NCBI GenBank assembly: GCA_964362425.1
Contig: CAYIEL010000001.1
Coordinates: 1 to 41,478 of the forward strand
From: an uncultured Candidatus Saccharibacteria bacterium
GTDB lineage: Bacteria > Patescibacteriota > Minisyncoccia > Phycocordibacterales > JACOZG01
DNA length: 41,478 nt
Reading direction: 5' to 3'
Shown here: positions 39,647-41,478 of the stretch, piece after piece
Layout: the number at the start of each line of letters is the position of its first letter
Numbering within the stretch: the first letter of the stretch is position 1
Notes under the pieces: generated by a model
Database searches by the model: none
Told to the model about the DNA's origin: nothing
What the model saw: the letters and a program-made list of their open reading frames with translations, nothing else
Program-made: the position numbers and the translations under genes

Positions 39647-40576
39647 ATGACCTACGATCTCGCAATCATCGGAGGAGGGCCAGCCGGCATTGCCGCCGGG
39701 GTTTATGCCGCGCGTAAAAAACTCCAGACCATTTTTTTGACTGACGATTGGGGCGGTCAATCAACCGTCTCGCCCGAAATTCAAAATTGGATCGGGATAA
39801 AAACAATCTCCGGCGAGGCCTTGGCTAGCCAGCTTAAAGATCATCTCTTCGCTTACCAAGGCGCTGGGTTAAAAATTGTTGATAGTGTTCGAGTATCAAG
39901 TATCACGAAAGACAACGAAACTTTCTCAGTCACTACTGATCATAACGAAAAATACGAAGCCAAGACAATTCTTATCACCACCGGCGCGCATCGGCGCAAA
40001 TTGACCGTGCCGGGAGCCGAGACCTTCGAACAAAAAGGAATTACTTATTGCGCCAGTTGCGATGCCCCGCTCTTCGCCGACAAGGCGGTGGTGGTGATCG
40101 GTGGCGGAAACGCTGCTTTCGAGAGCGTTTCTCAACTTCTCGCTTACGCCAGCCACGTCACTATTCTTCATCACAGTGCCGACTTCAAGGCCGATGCTAT
40201 TACCATCGAGCGCGTACTAGCTAACCCAAAAGTAACTGCCATTAAGAATGCCGAGATGATTGAGATGAAAGGTGAACAGTTTGTTTCTTCTTTAATCTAT
40301 CAAGACAAAACGAGTGGCGCAAAAAAAGAAATTTCAGTTGAGGGAATTTTTGTCGAGATCGGTTTCCTACCGACAACTGGTTTGGTAAAAGATTTAGTGA
40401 CTTTAAATAAATACGACTCGATTGTCGTTGATCCGCGAACACAACGCTCATCTCTCACGGGCATCTGGGCAGCTGGTGATTGCACTGATGGGCTCTTCCA
40501 CCAAAACAACATCGCCGTCGGTGATGCCATCAAAGCCCTTGAAGATATTTATAATTATCTACACTTGGGGAAATAA
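39647..40576 (+). CDS. trxB: thioredoxin-disulfide reductase
   Basis: FAD motif IIGGGPAGIAAGVYAAR, redox-active CASC, NADPH motif VVIGGGNAAFE, and GIWAAGDC. Confidence 0.9.
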   Translation: MTYDLAIIGGGPAGIAAGVYAARKKLQTIFLTDDWGGQSTVSPEIQNWIGIKTISGEALASQLKDHLFAYQGAGLKIVDSVRVSSITKDNETFSVTTDHNEKYEAKTILITTGAHRRKLTVPGAETFEQKGITYCASCDAPLFADKAVVVIGGGNAAFESVSQLLAYASHVTILHHSADFKADAITIERVLANPKVTAIKNAEMIEMKGEQFVSSLIYQDKTSGAKKEISVEGIFVEIGFLPTTGLVKDLVTLNKYDSIVVDPRTQRSSLTGIWAAGDCTDGLFHQNNIAVGDAIKALEDIYNYLHLGK

Positions 40577-41422
40577 TGACAGGAGCGAAAAAACAACAGA
40601 AATTGCTAGCAAAACCCATGGGATAATAACGAAGGCGATCGGCCAACCGCGACGAGGTTCTTTGACTTGCGGATCGGCGAGGGTGAGAGACACAGCCGAG
40701 AGGTAAAGAGATCGAAGGTAGAGAAGCGAAAAAGGCACTATTAAAATCATAATCATCCACATGATAATTGTGGCAATATAATTAATAGGGCTAAGTTCCC
40801 CGAAAATTTTTGCCAGAAGTGACACAACCAAAGAAACAACCATCGGGATTAAACTAATCAGGAGTACTCGTCCAAACACCGCCCACCACCGTCCGCGAAC
40901 CAATGTCCGACTTCTGGCAATTGCATCAATCCCCCTGCGATTTTCGAGAATAAAAACAAAATTAACAAAGACAAGGCTAAGACCCCAAATGATACCGGGA
41001 ATGACAAAAAACATCATGGCTCCAACCACGAGTAAACCAGTCAAAATTGTCACCCATAAATAAGAGAAGAACTTCGACCACGCAATTCGATAAGCCTGTG
41101 TCCAAGTGACATTATCATCCGTCACTCCCACAACCAAGGCCAATTGCGCCCAGATACTTACAAAACCAATAATTATTCCAAATACAACAGACAGAATCAC
41201 TACTAAAATAATTGGCATTAAAGAAATCGAACCACCACTAGTCATCGACACCCCAATCAAAACACCCGCCAAAAGAGGCAACCCAACACTAAGTAAAAAT
41301 GAAATGATTAGAGCAGAAAATGAGAGGGCCACAAGTTTCCCCCATCGCGTCTTATACGCCGTCCACGCTTCGCGAAAAAGCACCATTGGTGCCACTAATT
41401 TTTGTTGTTGATCCATACTCAA
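40559..41422 (-). CDS. multi-pass membrane protein, hypothetical
   Basis: 287 aa with about 6-7 TM helices. The convergent 3' end overlaps trxB by 18 nt. Confidence 0.5.
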   Translation of the reverse strand: MSMDQQQKLVAPMVLFREAWTAYKTRWGKLVALSFSALIISFLLSVGLPLLAGVLIGVSMTSGGSISLMPIILVVILSVVFGIIIGFVSIWAQLALVVGVTDDNVTWTQAYRIAWSKFFSYLWVTILTGLLVVGAMMFFVIPGIIWGLSLVFVNFVFILENRRGIDAIARSRTLVRGRWWAVFGRVLLISLIPMVVSLVVSLLAKIFGELSPINYIATIIMWMIMILIVPFSLLYLRSLYLSAVSLTLADPQVKEPRRGWPIAFVIIPWVLLAISVVFSLLSLFPQV

Positions 41423-41478
41423 TAGTATACTTTGTGTTTTCCTTCTTGTCTGGTGGATAAAGTGGGCGGTACAGGATT

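Noticed and set aside
40559-40576. 18-nt convergent overlap of the trxB and membrane-protein 3' ends
   Set aside because: Short convergent overlaps are common in compact genomes, and no extra signal is associated with it.
1-41478. Search for CRISPR arrays, IS elements/transposases, integrases, reverse transcriptases (DGR/retron), rRNA genes and a parS site (TGTTNCACGTGAAACA)
   Set aside because: I saw no regularly spaced direct repeats, no ORF with DDE, tyrosine-recombinase or RT motifs, no rRNA-like sequence and no close parS match. The mobile-element interpretations above therefore rest on repeats and scars only, with no encoded mobility enzyme apart from the GIY-YIG nuclease.

Overview
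The window looks like a chromosomal segment of a small-genome, CPR/Patescibacteria-like bacterium. That placement is an inference from gene content: a short 504-aa IF-2, DUF4446, arrays of T4SS-pilin-like mini-proteins, many tiny membrane ORFs and very tight gene packing. The backbone is housekeeping: dprA, topA, parB, miaA, rpmG, clpB, sod, a nifS-like desulfurase, infB, rbfA, gyrA, rpsA, pth, lepB, hisS, rpsU, ybeY, ftsA, ftsZ, trxB and 9 tRNAs. I found no CRISPR array, transposase, integrase or recognisable canonical defence system. Small accessory cassettes and repeats sit between the core genes. (1) Miniature palindromic repeats lie in frame inside essential genes (nifS-like, miaA, sod), reminiscent of Rickettsia palindromic elements. 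(2) A GIY-YIG nuclease gene is wedged between a truncated 5' copy and the intact copy of tRNA-Leu(UAG), next to a degenerate tRNA-Lys ghost. (3) A PemK/MazF-like orphan toxin cassette, bracketed by a 15-bp direct repeat that includes the ftsA stop codon, splits ftsA from ftsZ; a paralogous orphan toxin lies elsewhere. (4) Five tandem T4SS-pilin-like genes and an orphan solute-binding protein appear co-transcribed downstream of gyrA, beside a three-gene membrane module of unknown function. (5) Three tandem UGCG-tetraloop hairpins precede an orphan 394-aa protein. (6) A candidate ~190-nt structured RNA lies after rpsA. (7) A DnaA-box cluster occupies a 430-bp intergenic region. (8) Promoter -10 boxes abut start codons at seven genes, suggesting leaderless mRNAs. 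All functional calls come from reading the translations by eye; no database search was run.
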